Source of the DNA: a virus
Lineage: Duplodnaviria > Caudoviricetes
DNA length: 32,906 bases
Direction: 5' to 3' (one strand)
IMG/VR virus record: IMGVR_UViG_3300047669_002090
Location: 1-32,906 of that record
This document shows, piece after piece, positions 8,420 to 16,760 of the stretch. The number at the start of each line of letters is the position of its first letter. The stretch's first letter is position 1. The notes under the pieces are model-generated. The model made no database searches, was not told the origin of the DNA, and was given only the letters and a program-made list of their open reading frames with translations. The position numbers and the translations under genes are program-made.

Positions 8420-9214
8420 ATGAAAACTGAAAAAACCATTCCAAACCTATTGTCCACACCTTCGAAAATGCCTTGCTTTAGCTTTAACATTCCTGCGTTG
8501 AAGTTTTGTCCTGCGGCTAAAATTGTAATGAACCTGGCCAAGAAAGCAAAAGAGGCAATGGACAAAATTATTTGCTCAAGTTGCTATGCTTGCAAAGGTT
8601 TTTACATGATGCCAAACGTGGCGGAGGCTTTACAGAACAAAGGGAATTTCATCACCAAGTCCATTCGAGAAAACGGCGGGGATTCTTTTGTGAAAGAAAT
8701 GGTTGGACAAATTACAAGGAAGTATTACAAGGCAAGCGGTGAAAAGAAAAGCCTTAAGAATTGCAACACGGATCTTTTTCGTGTTCACGATGCGGGCGAC
8801 CTATTTTCTGCCAAGTACATTAACTGCTGGATTCGAATTTGTGAGGCATTGCCTGATATTAGATTTTGGTTTCCTACTCGTGAATATGTGAGGCCCGACC
8901 AAATGCCACACTTGCAACAATTGGCTTTATTGCCGAACACTTCCGTAAAACCTTCTGCTTTGCGATTGGATGAACCTGCTCCACAAATTAAAGGAATTGA
9001 TGCGGGGACGGCAGTATATACTTCTGAGGAAAAAGCTTTAGAAGACAACCATTACATTTGCCCCGCCACAATCCACGCTTTCCGCATGGGCAGAAAAGAA
9101 TGGAGAAAGGTTGACAAGAAAGAACGGGCGACCCTTTCGTCTTGTGCTGGCAATGGTTGCAAACTATGCTTTATAAAAGGATGCAAAAAAGGTATTGCAT
9201 ACATGGCCCATTAG
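8420..9214 (+). CDS. GP88-like Cys-rich phage protein (radical-SAM-like Fe-S motif)
   Basis: FCPAA..ICSSCYACKG.Y, FRVHDAGDLFS..YINCW, FWFPTRE, C-terminal CxxxxCxxC. True start 8420 (leaderless); the longer ORF runs through tRNA-Leu. Confidence 0.75.
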   Translation: MKTEKTIPNLLSTPSKMPCFSFNIPALKFCPAAKIVMNLAKKAKEAMDKIICSSCYACKGFYMMPNVAEALQNKGNFITKSIRENGGDSFVKEMVGQITRKYYKASGEKKSLKNCNTDLFRVHDAGDLFSAKYINCWIRICEALPDIRFWFPTREYVRPDQMPHLQQLALLPNTSVKPSALRLDEPAPQIKGIDAGTAVYTSEEKALEDNHYICPATIHAFRMGRKEWRKVDKKERATLSSCAGNGCKLCFIKGCKKGIAYMAH

Positions 9215-9306
9215 TGCTATACTATAAACAATAAACGTTAACATATAGAAAAAATGAATGATACTGACTATTATTATGAGCTTAATTGTAATGTATATTA
9301 TATTAG

Positions 9307-9468
9307 ATGATTAACTACAAGTACTATGTAGAAGTTATTAGAAACTACGAAGAGCTCCTGGATACGGGTTACAGTGAATTCGAGGCGGCCTATCTATTGG
9401 CAACAGTGTTGCCTGCGGAGACGACAGTACTTATAAGACAGGGTTATTTTCAGGTTCTTAATAATTAG
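9307..9468 (+). CDS. hypothetical protein (53 aa)
   Basis: MINYKYYVEVIRNYEELLDTGYSEFEAAYLL..., below the ORF-track cutoff. Confidence 0.5.
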   Translation: MINYKYYVEVIRNYEELLDTGYSEFEAAYLLATVLPAETTVLIRQGYFQVLNN

Positions 9469-9536
9469 CCAAATAGGCTAAATATGGCGCCGCATGCCAC
9501 CTCCCCATACCCCTCAGGGTACGGTATGGCTGAGAG

Positions 9537-9569
9537 TTGGCACGGCGCGTGCTGCTCGTCCCGTGCCAG
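9537..9569. repeat. 33-bp dyad copy 5
   Basis: TTGGCACGGCGCGTGCTGCTCGTCCCGTGCCAG, followed by the same AAGTCAAGCGCAAAAAAGATTATTTTT as copy 4. Confidence 0.9.
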
Positions 9570-9668
9570 AAGTCAAGCGCAAAAAAGATTATTTTTCTCA
9601 AGAAAAGCCTTGACTTGCGCCCCCTATAGTCTATTATTGGTTATAGTTAATTGAAAGACTTTTATTGT

Positions 9669-9780
9669 GGCCCTGTAGTTTATATCAGGTTTAAAACGCT
9701 CTCGTCCCGATCCTAGGTAAAAGGGAAGCGGACTGATCATTTGTGAGAGAGAACAGGGGGTTCGAATCCCCTCAGGGCCT
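9669..9780 (+). ncRNA. tRNA-like RNA with ~41-43-nt insert in place of the anticodon loop
   Basis: Acceptor GGCCCTG/CAGGGCC, D arm GTTT..AAAC, CTCTC/GAGAG stem, T arm GGGGG-TTCGAAT-CCCCT, no encoded CCA. Confidence 0.75.
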
Positions 9781-9781
9781 G

Positions 9782-9856
9782 CTTTTTCTGTAGATCGAAA
9801 GATTGAACAACGAGGCGTCAGGACACGCCTACAACCCGAAGGGGAGAGAGAAAAAG
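9782..9856 (+). ncRNA. putative multibranch structured RNA
   Basis: Closing helix CTTTTTCT/AGAAAAAG enclosing GATC-GAAA-GATT, AGGCGT..ACGCCT and CCC-GAA-GGG hairpins. Confidence 0.45.
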
Positions 9857-9879
9857 GTACAACACACAATTTCACTTTG

Positions 9880-9975
9880 CTAGGTCAGCATGGAGCATGG
9901 AACGTGGGAGGTGCATCTCCCAAGGCGTTGGATGTCCCGTTCGCTGAGTACTCGGAGAACCTCCACCTGACCTAG
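9880..9975 (+). ncRNA. putative structured RNA
   Basis: Closing helix CTAGGTCAG/CTGACCTAG, inner TGGAG/CTCCA, GGGAG..CTCCC hairpin, AACG/CGTT. Confidence 0.5.
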
Positions 9976-10031
9976 TATTAATTTCGCAAAAAAGCATTGA
10001 CAAAAACCCAAAAACCTACATAATTAAAGTT

Positions 10032-10265
10032 ATGAAAAAAATCATAAAAAGAATCATCAACTTCTTCCGTAAGCCATTTACGCTTACTTATCAAAAGCTC
10101 AACGGAGACATTGAGACGTATAAGTTGCGGAACTTCAATTACTACAATTACTTTGGGAACAAGCGAGAGAACTGGGAAAATGTAGGCATTCGAGCTTATT
10201 GCTACGAACGCAAAGGTATTCGCTCATTTCGTTACGAAGGTATCATCTCTATTACAAACACATGA
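10032..10265 (+). CDS. hypothetical protein, possible WYL/Sm-like small domain
   Basis: LTYQKLNG...AYCYERKGIRSFRYEGI resembles the WYL AxC..R...RxFR motif. Leaderless. Confidence 0.6.
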   Translation: MKKIIKRIINFFRKPFTLTYQKLNGDIETYKLRNFNYYNYFGNKRENWENVGIRAYCYERKGIRSFRYEGIISITNT

Positions 10266-10609
10266 AAAAGTTTATATTATTAGCCCTATTGATTGCTACG
10301 CCTCTCGCGGGCCAACGTGATCGCCATGTCCAAGAAGAATGGAACACCGATGCTGTAAACTTAGAGCAGAATGTATTTTCTGCAACGGATGCGTGGCACG
10401 TATCACCTTGGCTTGGTGGGTATTACCAAACAGGAGATTGGTGGATTTACCATTGTAACAAGGGGTGGATGTACCCAGAGTCCGATGGATCGGGTGGGGT
10501 CTGGCTTTATTGGCCAATAGAAAACGGCTGGATCTGGACAAACCGAGATGTTTATCCGTTAGCTTGGAATACAGAAACCCAACAATGGTTTAATTCTTGC
10601 GAACTCTAG
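10262..10609 (+). CDS. secreted Trp-rich protein
   Basis: Signal peptide MKKFILLALLIA, then SPWLG.YY...WIYH...GW.Y...VW.Y...GWIWT..VYP. Confidence 0.75.
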   Translation: MKKFILLALLIATPLAGQRDRHVQEEWNTDAVNLEQNVFSATDAWHVSPWLGGYYQTGDWWIYHCNKGWMYPESDGSGGVWLYWPIENGWIWTNRDVYPLAWNTETQQWFNSCEL

Positions 10610-10611
10610 AC

Positions 10612-10644
10612 TTGGCACGGAGGGTGCAGCCCGCGCCGTGCCAA
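10612..10644. repeat. 33-bp dyad copy 6
   Basis: TTGGCACGGAGGGTGCAGCCCGCGCCGTGCCAA. Confidence 0.9.
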
Positions 10645-10733
10645 CTTAGCCTCAAAACTTTTTTCATTCTTTTTGCGATTACCCTTGACTTTATTTATTT
10701 TTTTGTCATACTAGAAGCATAGAAAGTTAAAAA

Positions 10734-10895
10734 ATGAGTAAGAAAATTAGAGAAAGTAGCAAATCCACCAAGTATGGCAAGAAGTCTTCCCATACAGGTA
10801 ACTTGTCATTGGTGGAATCATTAACCGACCCAAACGTCATGGTGCGCCCGAAGGTTCGGCTTGCACAAGAAAACAAGCGTAATTCAAAAAAGTAA
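10734..10895 (+). CDS. small basic protein (53 aa)
   Basis: First ATG after promoter 10685, MSKKIRESSKSTKYGKK... Confidence 0.55.
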   Translation: MSKKIRESSKSTKYGKKSSHTGNLSLVESLTDPNVMVRPKVRLAQENKRNSKK

Positions 10896-10896
10896 C

Positions 10897-11049
10897 ATGG
10901 AGACAATAGACATCACGCCAACGTGGGAGGCTATTATGCCAGCAATGGTTCAAGTCCTCAGAAACCCAAAAGCTAACAAGCAGTCAGTCCAAGGTATTAC
11001 TGAAGAGCTTATTCGCCTTGCAAAAATCGTAGATAGTAAAAACTCATGA
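10897..11049 (+). CDS. hypothetical protein (50 aa)
   Basis: METIDITPTWEAIMP...ELIRLAKIVD. ATG follows the previous stop. Confidence 0.65.
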   Translation: METIDITPTWEAIMPAMVQVLRNPKANKQSVQGITEELIRLAKIVDSKNS

Positions 11050-11303
11050 AAAAATTAGCACCACAACCCATCCTCGATTTGCTGGATGATTTCAGCCGTG
11101 CCCGTGAAGCATTAGTGCAGGGACTTAAAGAGCTTGGATTCTCTGATGAACAGGCCTATGCAAAGATAATGCGTCATCAAACAGAGACGCAACAGATGTA
11201 TCGTTCATTCAAAGAAGATCCTGATTTCCGTGAGGCAACCTATGATTGGAAAGGCCGTAAAAAGGTAACGATTACGCATAAAGACCTTGACACCGAAGCA
11301 TAA
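11046..11303 (+). CDS. hypothetical protein
   Basis: ATGA coupling. Confidence 0.65.
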   Translation: MKKLAPQPILDLLDDFSRAREALVQGLKELGFSDEQAYAKIMRHQTETQQMYRSFKEDPDFREATYDWKGRKKVTITHKDLDTEA

Positions 11304-11321
11304 ATCCCTATACTTAATTAC

Positions 11322-11570
11322 ATGAATAAATTAGAAAAGGCACTCGCAGAACTTGGAATTGACCGATCTTTCTTTGATGAACTCAAGGCAGATCTTGAAG
11401 CTGAGAGGATTGTTACAGAAAATGGCTTATTGCCAACAACTAAAGAAGATGTCAAGGATGAGCTTAAACAACTAGATACAGAAGTGGATGCTGATCCTAT
11501 TGACGAAGATGATGAAAATCAAATCGACATGGATGCCATCTCCCCTCGCATGAGAGAGCTTTATAAATGA
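11322..11570 (+). CDS. acidic protein, paralog of 18456..18692
   Basis: Shared KED..DE...L.TEVD.DP.DEDDE.QIDM.A.SP.M. Confidence 0.8.
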   Translation: MNKLEKALAELGIDRSFFDELKADLEAERIVTENGLLPTTKEDVKDELKQLDTEVDADPIDEDDENQIDMDAISPRMRELYK

Positions 11571-11638
11571 TGATACCAATTGTAGTATTAGGGCTTTGTT
11601 TAATTGTGCTTATTGGAATATTAACAGGACAGATATGA
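11567..11638 (+). CDS. micro membrane peptide (23 aa)
   Basis: MMIPIVVLGLCLIVLIGILTGQI, ATGA-coupled at both ends. Confidence 0.55.
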   Translation: MMIPIVVLGLCLIVLIGILTGQI

Positions 11639-11859
11639 AATTCACTTACCCACGAGAACTCTCATTTGCACATCCAGATTATCAAGGGGGCTGTGCAGAA
11701 ACAGAAACCCCTTTCATTGGGGCGAACGGCAAGACATTCCTTTATGTTTGGCACAAGGTTAAAAAGATTCATTTTTATTATTGTTTTGAAGAAGACCTAT
11801 TTTGGTCAGAGAAAGATTATGAACTTGTAGAAGAAATGAGAAAATACCCCGTTGACTAA
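11635..11859 (+). CDS. hypothetical phage protein
   Basis: ETPF...GKTFLYVW...H.YY pattern, ATG 11635. Confidence 0.65.
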   Translation: MKFTYPRELSFAHPDYQGGCAETETPFIGANGKTFLYVWHKVKKIHFYYCFEEDLFWSEKDYELVEEMRKYPVD

Positions 11860-11894
11860 GGATAAATTAACAACAACACTAAAGAAAGAAAAAA

Positions 11895-11981
11895 ATGAGT
11901 CTTATTATCGCAATATTAGCATCAATCGCATCAGTCATTATTTTGGTTGGATCAAGTGTATGGTTAGGTAAGATAAACTAA
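11895..11981 (+). CDS. micro membrane peptide (28 aa)
   Basis: MSLIIAILASIASVIILVGSSVWLGKIN. Confidence 0.45.
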   Translation: MSLIIAILASIASVIILVGSSVWLGKIN

Positions 11982-12209
11982 TTATGCATACAATAGATAC
12001 AATAGAAACAGATTCCGCCATTAAGGACATGAATATGTCAAGGATTCAATTGATTGATTACCTTCTTGACCTTATGGTGCATGGGGATGCCGAAGAAAGA
12101 AAAGAAGCGCAAGAAAAATTATATGTCCTCTGCCCAAATAGGGGTTAAATAGGGAAGCTCCAAATATTACCCCTAAGGGGCAACCTGCGGGGATTTGGCA
12201 ATCTCCAGA

Positions 12210-12242
12210 TTGGCACGGAACGTGCAGCCCGCGCCGTGCCAA
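12210..12242. repeat. 33-bp dyad copy 7
   Basis: TTGGCACGGAACGTGCAGCCCGCGCCGTGCCAA. Confidence 0.9.
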
Positions 12243-12377
12243 CTTAATTTGTAGGCATTTTGCATACATCCTATAGCGGGCGAAAAAACTCTATCTTTTT
12301 TGCGATTAAGGGTTGACTTCACTAAATTTTCTGTCATACTATTATTAGAATTAAGATTAACCTATAGTTAAAAAACC

Positions 12378-12704
12378 ATGTCCGATCCAACCAAAACTTA
12401 CATCACCGACCCAAACATTATCGCCCGTCACGCATTTGATGCGGGCTTTGAGGGTCTTGACTCCCTCGGCAAGCCTATAGGCAATCGGGACGGGGCTTGC
12501 ATGAATCCCTCCATCTACGCTGACGTAGGCGACAACTGGCGGATCTGGGCCGACCAGTATCAGGCTGGAGAGCGTGACGCTCGGTCTGACGCTCAGGATT
12601 TTCTGGCGGATGCTCAGTCTCCCGATGCTACTGGCCAAAACCAGTGGAGGCAGGACGAGGCCGTGGATCTCGATTATGGTTATCATTCGTTCCACGATAT
12701 GTAA
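12378..12704 (+). CDS. acidic hypothetical protein
   Basis: Sole gene between dyads 7 and 8, AAAAAACC-ATG leader. Confidence 0.7.
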   Translation: MSDPTKTYITDPNIIARHAFDAGFEGLDSLGKPIGNRDGACMNPSIYADVGDNWRIWADQYQAGERDARSDAQDFLADAQSPDATGQNQWRQDEAVDLDYGYHSFHDM

Positions 12705-12756
12705 TCATTTTGCATAAAAAGCCCATCACCCCGCTCTGCTACCATGCCATGTGAGA

Positions 12757-12789
12757 TTGGCACGGGGCGGGCTGCACGCCCCGTGCCAA
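12757..12789. repeat. 33-bp dyad copy 8 (inverted relative to 6, 7, 9-12)
   Basis: TTGGCACGGGGCGGGCTGCACGCCCCGTGCCAA. Confidence 0.9.
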
Positions 12790-12921
12790 GTGCATTTGTA
12801 TGCATTTTGCATATATCTTAAGGCAGGCAAAAAAACTTTATCTTTTTTCAATTATTGCTTGACTTCATGTAAAATTCTGTCATACTAAAAGGTACAAAAT
12901 TAAACGAACCACAAAAAAATT

Positions 12922-13185
12922 ATGACACAAGAAAACGAATACAACGGCTGGAGCAATCACGCAACCTGGAACGTCGCCCTTCATATTGGCAACGATGAGG
13001 GAATTTATAATTTCGCAAAGTATTTTTCAAACTATCTCGATTTTGTCGCTGGCATGAAGGAAGTCAACGAAACTACCAGTCTGGCTTTCGAGACTCCTGA
13101 CGGAGTAAGCTGGACAGACTCGGCTCTCGACCATGACGAGCTTAACGAGGTTTTTTCTGACATGGAAGACGAAAATTCTCTATGA
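12922..13185 (+). CDS. conserved phage protein (YNGWxNxxTWxVxL type)
   Basis: YNGWSNHATWNVALHIGNDEG...TPDGVSW, recalled from phage early proteins. Confidence 0.75.
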   Translation: MTQENEYNGWSNHATWNVALHIGNDEGIYNFAKYFSNYLDFVAGMKEVNETTSLAFETPDGVSWTDSALDHDELNEVFSDMEDENSL

Positions 13186-13265
13186 AAGACCAAGCTTGGA
13201 AACCTTACTCGGAAGAATTAAAATTCTACTTGACAAAAACCTAAAATTACTACATTATTATTACC

Positions 13266-13595
13266 ATGAAATCATTCAAAGACTTAGAATTTAAACCTCA
13301 CGCCAACAACCCTAAAAGCGTTCAAGCTAGTTGCAAGCTTGGCAACAGCATCTCAATTTCTGTCGTAGCTGGCGAAGGTCTTTACGGAAGCGTTGAGTCT
13401 GGCCTTTATGAAGTTGGAGCGTTTCAAGGCAAGGAGTGGATTCCGCTTTCTTGCGCTGATGATGTTATTGGCTGGCAAAGTCCAGAACAGATCAGCTATT
13501 TAATGGCAAAGCTCCAAGCGGATGATGTCCAAGAGTGGATCAAGCAAAAGATTGGACAAAAACTTGATTGGCAAGAAGAGCTTGATACTGCATAA
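13266..13595 (+). CDS. conserved phage hypothetical protein
   Basis: ISVV.G.GLYG....GLYEV...DDVIGW pattern, leaderless. Confidence 0.75.
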   Translation: MKSFKDLEFKPHANNPKSVQASCKLGNSISISVVAGEGLYGSVESGLYEVGAFQGKEWIPLSCADDVIGWQSPEQISYLMAKLQADDVQEWIKQKIGQKLDWQEELDTA

Positions 13596-13632
13596 GTATT
13601 AAAAAGTATTAACTTTTGTATATGCATGGTGT

Positions 13633-13674
13633 GCCCTGTCGAGGTTGGTGGTTCTCCTCGGCAGGGCTTTTTTT
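13633..13674 (+). terminator. rho-independent terminator fused to dyad copy 9
   Basis: GCCCTGTCGAGG-ttggtggttct-CCTCGGCAGGGC-TTTTTTT. Confidence 0.8.
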
Positions 13675-13705
13675 GGCACGGGACGTGCAGCCCGCCCCGT
13701 GCCAA
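13673..13705. repeat. 33-bp dyad copy 9
   Basis: TTGGCACGGGACGTGCAGCCCGCCCCGTGCCAA. Confidence 0.9.
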
Positions 13706-13830
13706 TTGGCTCTATCACTGGGCTGACGGCCGACAAGTGCATACAAGTGCATACAAACACTAGCTTAAATTATTTTACTTTTTTTGCGATTAACCCTTGA
13801 CTTTACGTAAAATGTTGTCATACTAAGGTT

Positions 13831-13986
13831 ATGAAAAGTTGGAAAAGAAAAGTAGTTTGGTTGTCCTTGCCTGAGCCTCGGCTGGACTGGGAAACCTTCA
13901 AAAGAGTTTGCAGTCACTTGAGCGTAGAAGACGCAAAGGAGCGGGCAACTGTAGTTATGGAAAGAATCCAAAAGAAAAAATCATGA
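13831..13986 (+). CDS. hypothetical protein (51 aa)
   Basis: Leaderless behind promoter 13797. Confidence 0.6.
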   Translation: MKSWKRKVVWLSLPEPRLDWETFKRVCSHLSVEDAKERATVVMERIQKKKS

Positions 13987-14078
13987 AAGATCAAAATTTT
14001 AACAACTGGAAGAAACGCCTTAAAGCCTACATACTTAAAGACATAGAAAATCGTAAAACACATAGAAAATTATAAAAC

Positions 14079-14252
14079 ATGACAAAAGAAACACTAGCAA
14101 TGATCCTCGCCGACAATTTTGAAAAAGCAAAGTATGGAGATGCCTTTGCGGTTTCTGCCATCCTTGGGGCGCAAGAAGAATTAAAAAAGATTAAAGAGCT
14201 TGAAAGCTTAATCGCACAAGGAAATCCGTTACCATCAAACCCATTAGTATAG
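14079..14252 (+). CDS. hypothetical protein (57 aa)
   Basis: MTKETLAMILADNFEKAKYGDAF..., below the ORF cutoff. Confidence 0.55.
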   Translation: MTKETLAMILADNFEKAKYGDAFAVSAILGAQEELKKIKELESLIAQGNPLPSNPLV

Positions 14253-14295
14253 AAAAAAGAGTTGACAAAAAGCCAGAACCTGTCAAACTAGAAGC

Positions 14296-14490
14296 ATGAT
14301 AAGATTAAAAGTTATAAAACCACTTCGTATAAATGAACACCTTCTTAAAGTGGGAGATGAATTTGAAGTTGCCGAGGTCAAAGAGGATCTCATGACCAAG
14401 GCGACCTTTTTTCGTCCTGCAAATGTTAAGGGAATGCCCAAAGGCACTTTTTGGCTGTTCACCAATAAAACCTTTAAAGTTATAGCATAA
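14296..14490 (+). CDS. hypothetical protein
   Basis: Leaderless behind promoter 14262. Confidence 0.7.
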   Translation: MIRLKVIKPLRINEHLLKVGDEFEVAEVKEDLMTKATFFRPANVKGMPKGTFWLFTNKTFKVIA

Positions 14491-14684
14491 TGATTAAAAT
14501 TGAAAGACACGTAAACCTAAACAACTGGATTAATGTTAGCATCTACAACAAGCTCGTGGATCAATTTAGCTCTCGCATCGAGGCGGTTCGTTTCGCTAAA
14601 AGGATTGCCAAAGAGCGAAGGATGAAAGTGCTAGACCTAGACGATAACGAAAAAAGCCATAAGGATCTTCTAAATGATAGTTGA
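14490..14684 (+). CDS. hypothetical protein
   Basis: TAATG coupling. Confidence 0.65.
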   Translation: MIKIERHVNLNNWINVSIYNKLVDQFSSRIEAVRFAKRIAKERRMKVLDLDDNEKSHKDLLNDS

Positions 14685-14739
14685 GCTTGTGTTGATTTTT
14701 ATTATGGCGACTATTGTCTTTGCTTATATTACCCGATAG
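14674..14739 (+). CDS. micro membrane peptide (21 aa)
   Basis: MIVELVLIFIMATIVFAYITR. Confidence 0.4.
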   Translation: MIVELVLIFIMATIVFAYITR

Positions 14740-14781
14740 GGTAGGGCGAGGCAGGAGCCACTCACAGACATACGTTCAGGA

Positions 14782-14814
14782 TTGGCACGGGACGTGCAGC
14801 CCGCGCCGTGCCAA
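14782..14814. repeat. 33-bp dyad copy 10
   Basis: TTGGCACGGGACGTGCAGCCCGCGCCGTGCCAA. Confidence 0.9.
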
Positions 14815-14939
14815 CTTAATGTGTATGCATTTTGCATACATTTGTATGTCACAAAAAAACTTTCACAAAACACTTGACTTTATACAATTTTCTGTCAGAC
14901 TATAAGAATAGTTTAATTAAAACCACAAAATCAAAAATC

Positions 14940-15248
14940 ATGGGATCTCAACCAGTACTTTTCAATCGTCAAAATTTATCTGCCTCAGAAATGCGCGAAG
15001 TAAATTCGTTGCATCGCCAGCACCAAGCCTTGCTTGCGCAACCTCGGTTTGCTTTGTTGCTCCAGAGCAACAGCAACCCCAAGCACTCCTTTAGGGCTTC
15101 AGCCTGGGGGCAGAATGCTCAAGAGGCAGTTAACTCTTTTTTTGGGGAAGGCGCAGAAGGCGAGCATTCCCGCAGATGCGTTCGAGTTGTTTCCGTTCAC
15201 TCATGCGAGCATCCGCATCAAGCCAACGAAAGCAACAGGGTCAATTAA
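14940..15248 (+). CDS. hypothetical protein
   Basis: First ATG after promoter 14874. Confidence 0.65.
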   Translation: MGSQPVLFNRQNLSASEMREVNSLHRQHQALLAQPRFALLLQSNSNPKHSFRASAWGQNAQEAVNSFFGEGAEGEHSRRCVRVVSVHSCEHPHQANESNRVN

Positions 15249-15307
15249 AAAAACCCTTGACTTTACAGAAAATTCTGTCATACTAAAATCATAGAAAATT
15301 AAAAACC

Positions 15308-15478
15308 ATGCAAAAACAAATCATCATCGGCAACCTTACAAAGTTAATCGGCAAAGCAAATGCCCCAAGCGATTTTGCCATCGCAACCACAATGGTGCGT
15401 TTTGCGGATCTTGACAATTCAAACAAGATAAAACTGCATACATTTTTAGCACAAAAAAAGATTCAAAAAGGTCATTGA
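15308..15478 (+). CDS. hypothetical protein (56 aa)
   Basis: AAAAACC-ATG leader after promoter 15257. Confidence 0.55.
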   Translation: MQKQIIIGNLTKLIGKANAPSDFAIATTMVRFADLDNSNKIKLHTFLAQKKIQKGH

Positions 15479-15541
15479 CAAAAGCCTTTTATTATGAGAT
15501 AATTCTTTAAACTTAAGATTAACCACACAAAAAAAACCATT

Positions 15542-15739
15542 ATGACAATCGCAGCACTCGCCCACCAAGATTCAACCGAACGCGCTTTAACTGTTCACGG
15601 CTTCGGTGCTTGGCTCGATTCCCAGCAACCCACACCTGAGGAGCAGGACAGGATCCTGACGGACATGGAGGAACAAGATTTACAGCGCAAGGCCGATCTC
15701 CATTGGGATCTATGCCTTGAGGATCTGCTCTCGCACTAG
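15542..15739 (+). CDS. hypothetical protein
   Basis: AAAAACCATT-ATG leader. Confidence 0.7.
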   Translation: MTIAALAHQDSTERALTVHGFGAWLDSQQPTPEEQDRILTDMEEQDLQRKADLHWDLCLEDLLSH

Positions 15740-15777
15740 GCCAAGCAACTTTTTATTAACCACCAATATTAATTATT

Positions 15778-16014
15778 ATGCATATGTTCAAAGCCACTCA
15801 CTTCATCATCACCCCTAAGGCTGGGAGTTCCGCCTACGGGTTCGGCTTCTCCAAGTCACCTAAGCAAGCCGTCGAGCTTGCCAAGGCTAACGCTTGGGAC
15901 GGCCTCGCCCGCTGGGATCATTACAATGGCCAATGCTCCTCAGTTGGTGGGGAATGCACCCATTTGCTGGACGCTCGCAATGAGCGAGTCCTGCACCAAG
16001 ACCTAGACCTCTAG
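15778..16014 (+). CDS. hypothetical protein
   Basis: Stop lies 2 nt before dyad copy 11. Confidence 0.65.
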   Translation: MHMFKATHFIITPKAGSSAYGFGFSKSPKQAVELAKANAWDGLARWDHYNGQCSSVGGECTHLLDARNERVLHQDLDL

Positions 16015-16016
16015 GA

Positions 16017-16049
16017 TTGGCACGGGACGTGCAGCCCGCGCCGTGCCAA
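16017..16049. repeat. 33-bp dyad copy 11
   Basis: TTGGCACGGGACGTGCAGCCCGCGCCGTGCCAA (identical to copy 10). Confidence 0.9.
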
Positions 16050-16142
16050 CTTGATTTGTAGGTATTTTGCATACATTTGTTCACCGCAAAAAAACTTTGA
16101 CAAAACACTTGACTTTATAAAAAATTCTGTCATACTAGAGTC

Positions 16143-16331
16143 ATGATTAAATTAAAAACCACATTAAAGCAGGGCGACATTGTTACCGCCAGCACAGGAG
16201 AAATTTACGAAATCGAGGAGATTGTCATTCACCCAACTTGGGGCGAAGTTGCCAACTGCCGTTTGTATCGCTCACAAGTTAGGCATGGCATCCGTTGCAA
16301 AGGATTAAAAAAACATCCATTTTTTTCCTAA
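16143..16331 (+). CDS. hypothetical protein (small beta-barrel-like)
   Basis: Leaderless behind promoter 16109. Confidence 0.7.
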   Translation: MIKLKTTLKQGDIVTASTGEIYEIEEIVIHPTWGEVANCRLYRSQVRHGIRCKGLKKHPFFS

Positions 16332-16403
16332 AAGCCTTGACATTACAGGGAATTCTGTCAGACTATTAAAAGATTAAGATTAAAACCACAAAACAAAAAC
16401 CAT

Positions 16404-16628
16404 ATGAAAAAATTCATCACAAAAAAGTCCAAGATTCAAACCCTTATTAATGCAATTAACCTTGAGGTTAAATGCCCAAACCTTCCGTTACCCTTCCACA
16501 ATGAAAGCCACAAGAAGGTTGCTCACGATGCGATTTCCTCCGTTGTGTTTGAGGTTGAACAATTCCTCAAAGAATTTGGTAGCGAAGATCTTGCCAAGGG
16601 TTTTGCCTCTAAGTGCTTAAAAAGGTAA
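16404..16628 (+). CDS. hypothetical protein
   Basis: AAAAACCAT-ATG leader after promoter 16337. Confidence 0.7.
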   Translation: MKKFITKKSKIQTLINAINLEVKCPNLPLPFHNESHKKVAHDAISSVVFEVEQFLKEFGSEDLAKGFASKCLKR

Positions 16629-16632
16629 GGTC

Positions 16633-16755
16633 ATGTCAGACATCACTTCAAACCCTCTTTATTGGTTATCCTACAATTTAGTCGAGATCACCATTGCCAT
16701 GACGGCATTGACCTTTATTGGATTGACCATTATTGCATTAACCGAAAAACATTAA
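16633..16755 (+). CDS. micro membrane peptide (40 aa)
   Basis: MSDITSNPLYWLSYNLVEITIAMTALTFIGLTIIALTEKH, fills the gap. Confidence 0.5.
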   Translation: MSDITSNPLYWLSYNLVEITIAMTALTFIGLTIIALTEKH

Positions 16756-16760
16756 AAACC

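Noticed and set aside
8354-9596. AAGTCAAG after dyads 4 and 5 as minus-strand promoters
   Set aside because: A reverse -35 box (TTGACT) is present, but the -10 position falls in the GC-rich dyad with no match. Probably a remnant of an inverted promoter.
9669-9780. tmRNA, group I intron or hammerhead ribozyme
   Set aside because: No G3-U70 alanine acceptor or tag ORF, insert only ~41 nt, and CTGATCA does not match the CUGANGA/GAAA core.
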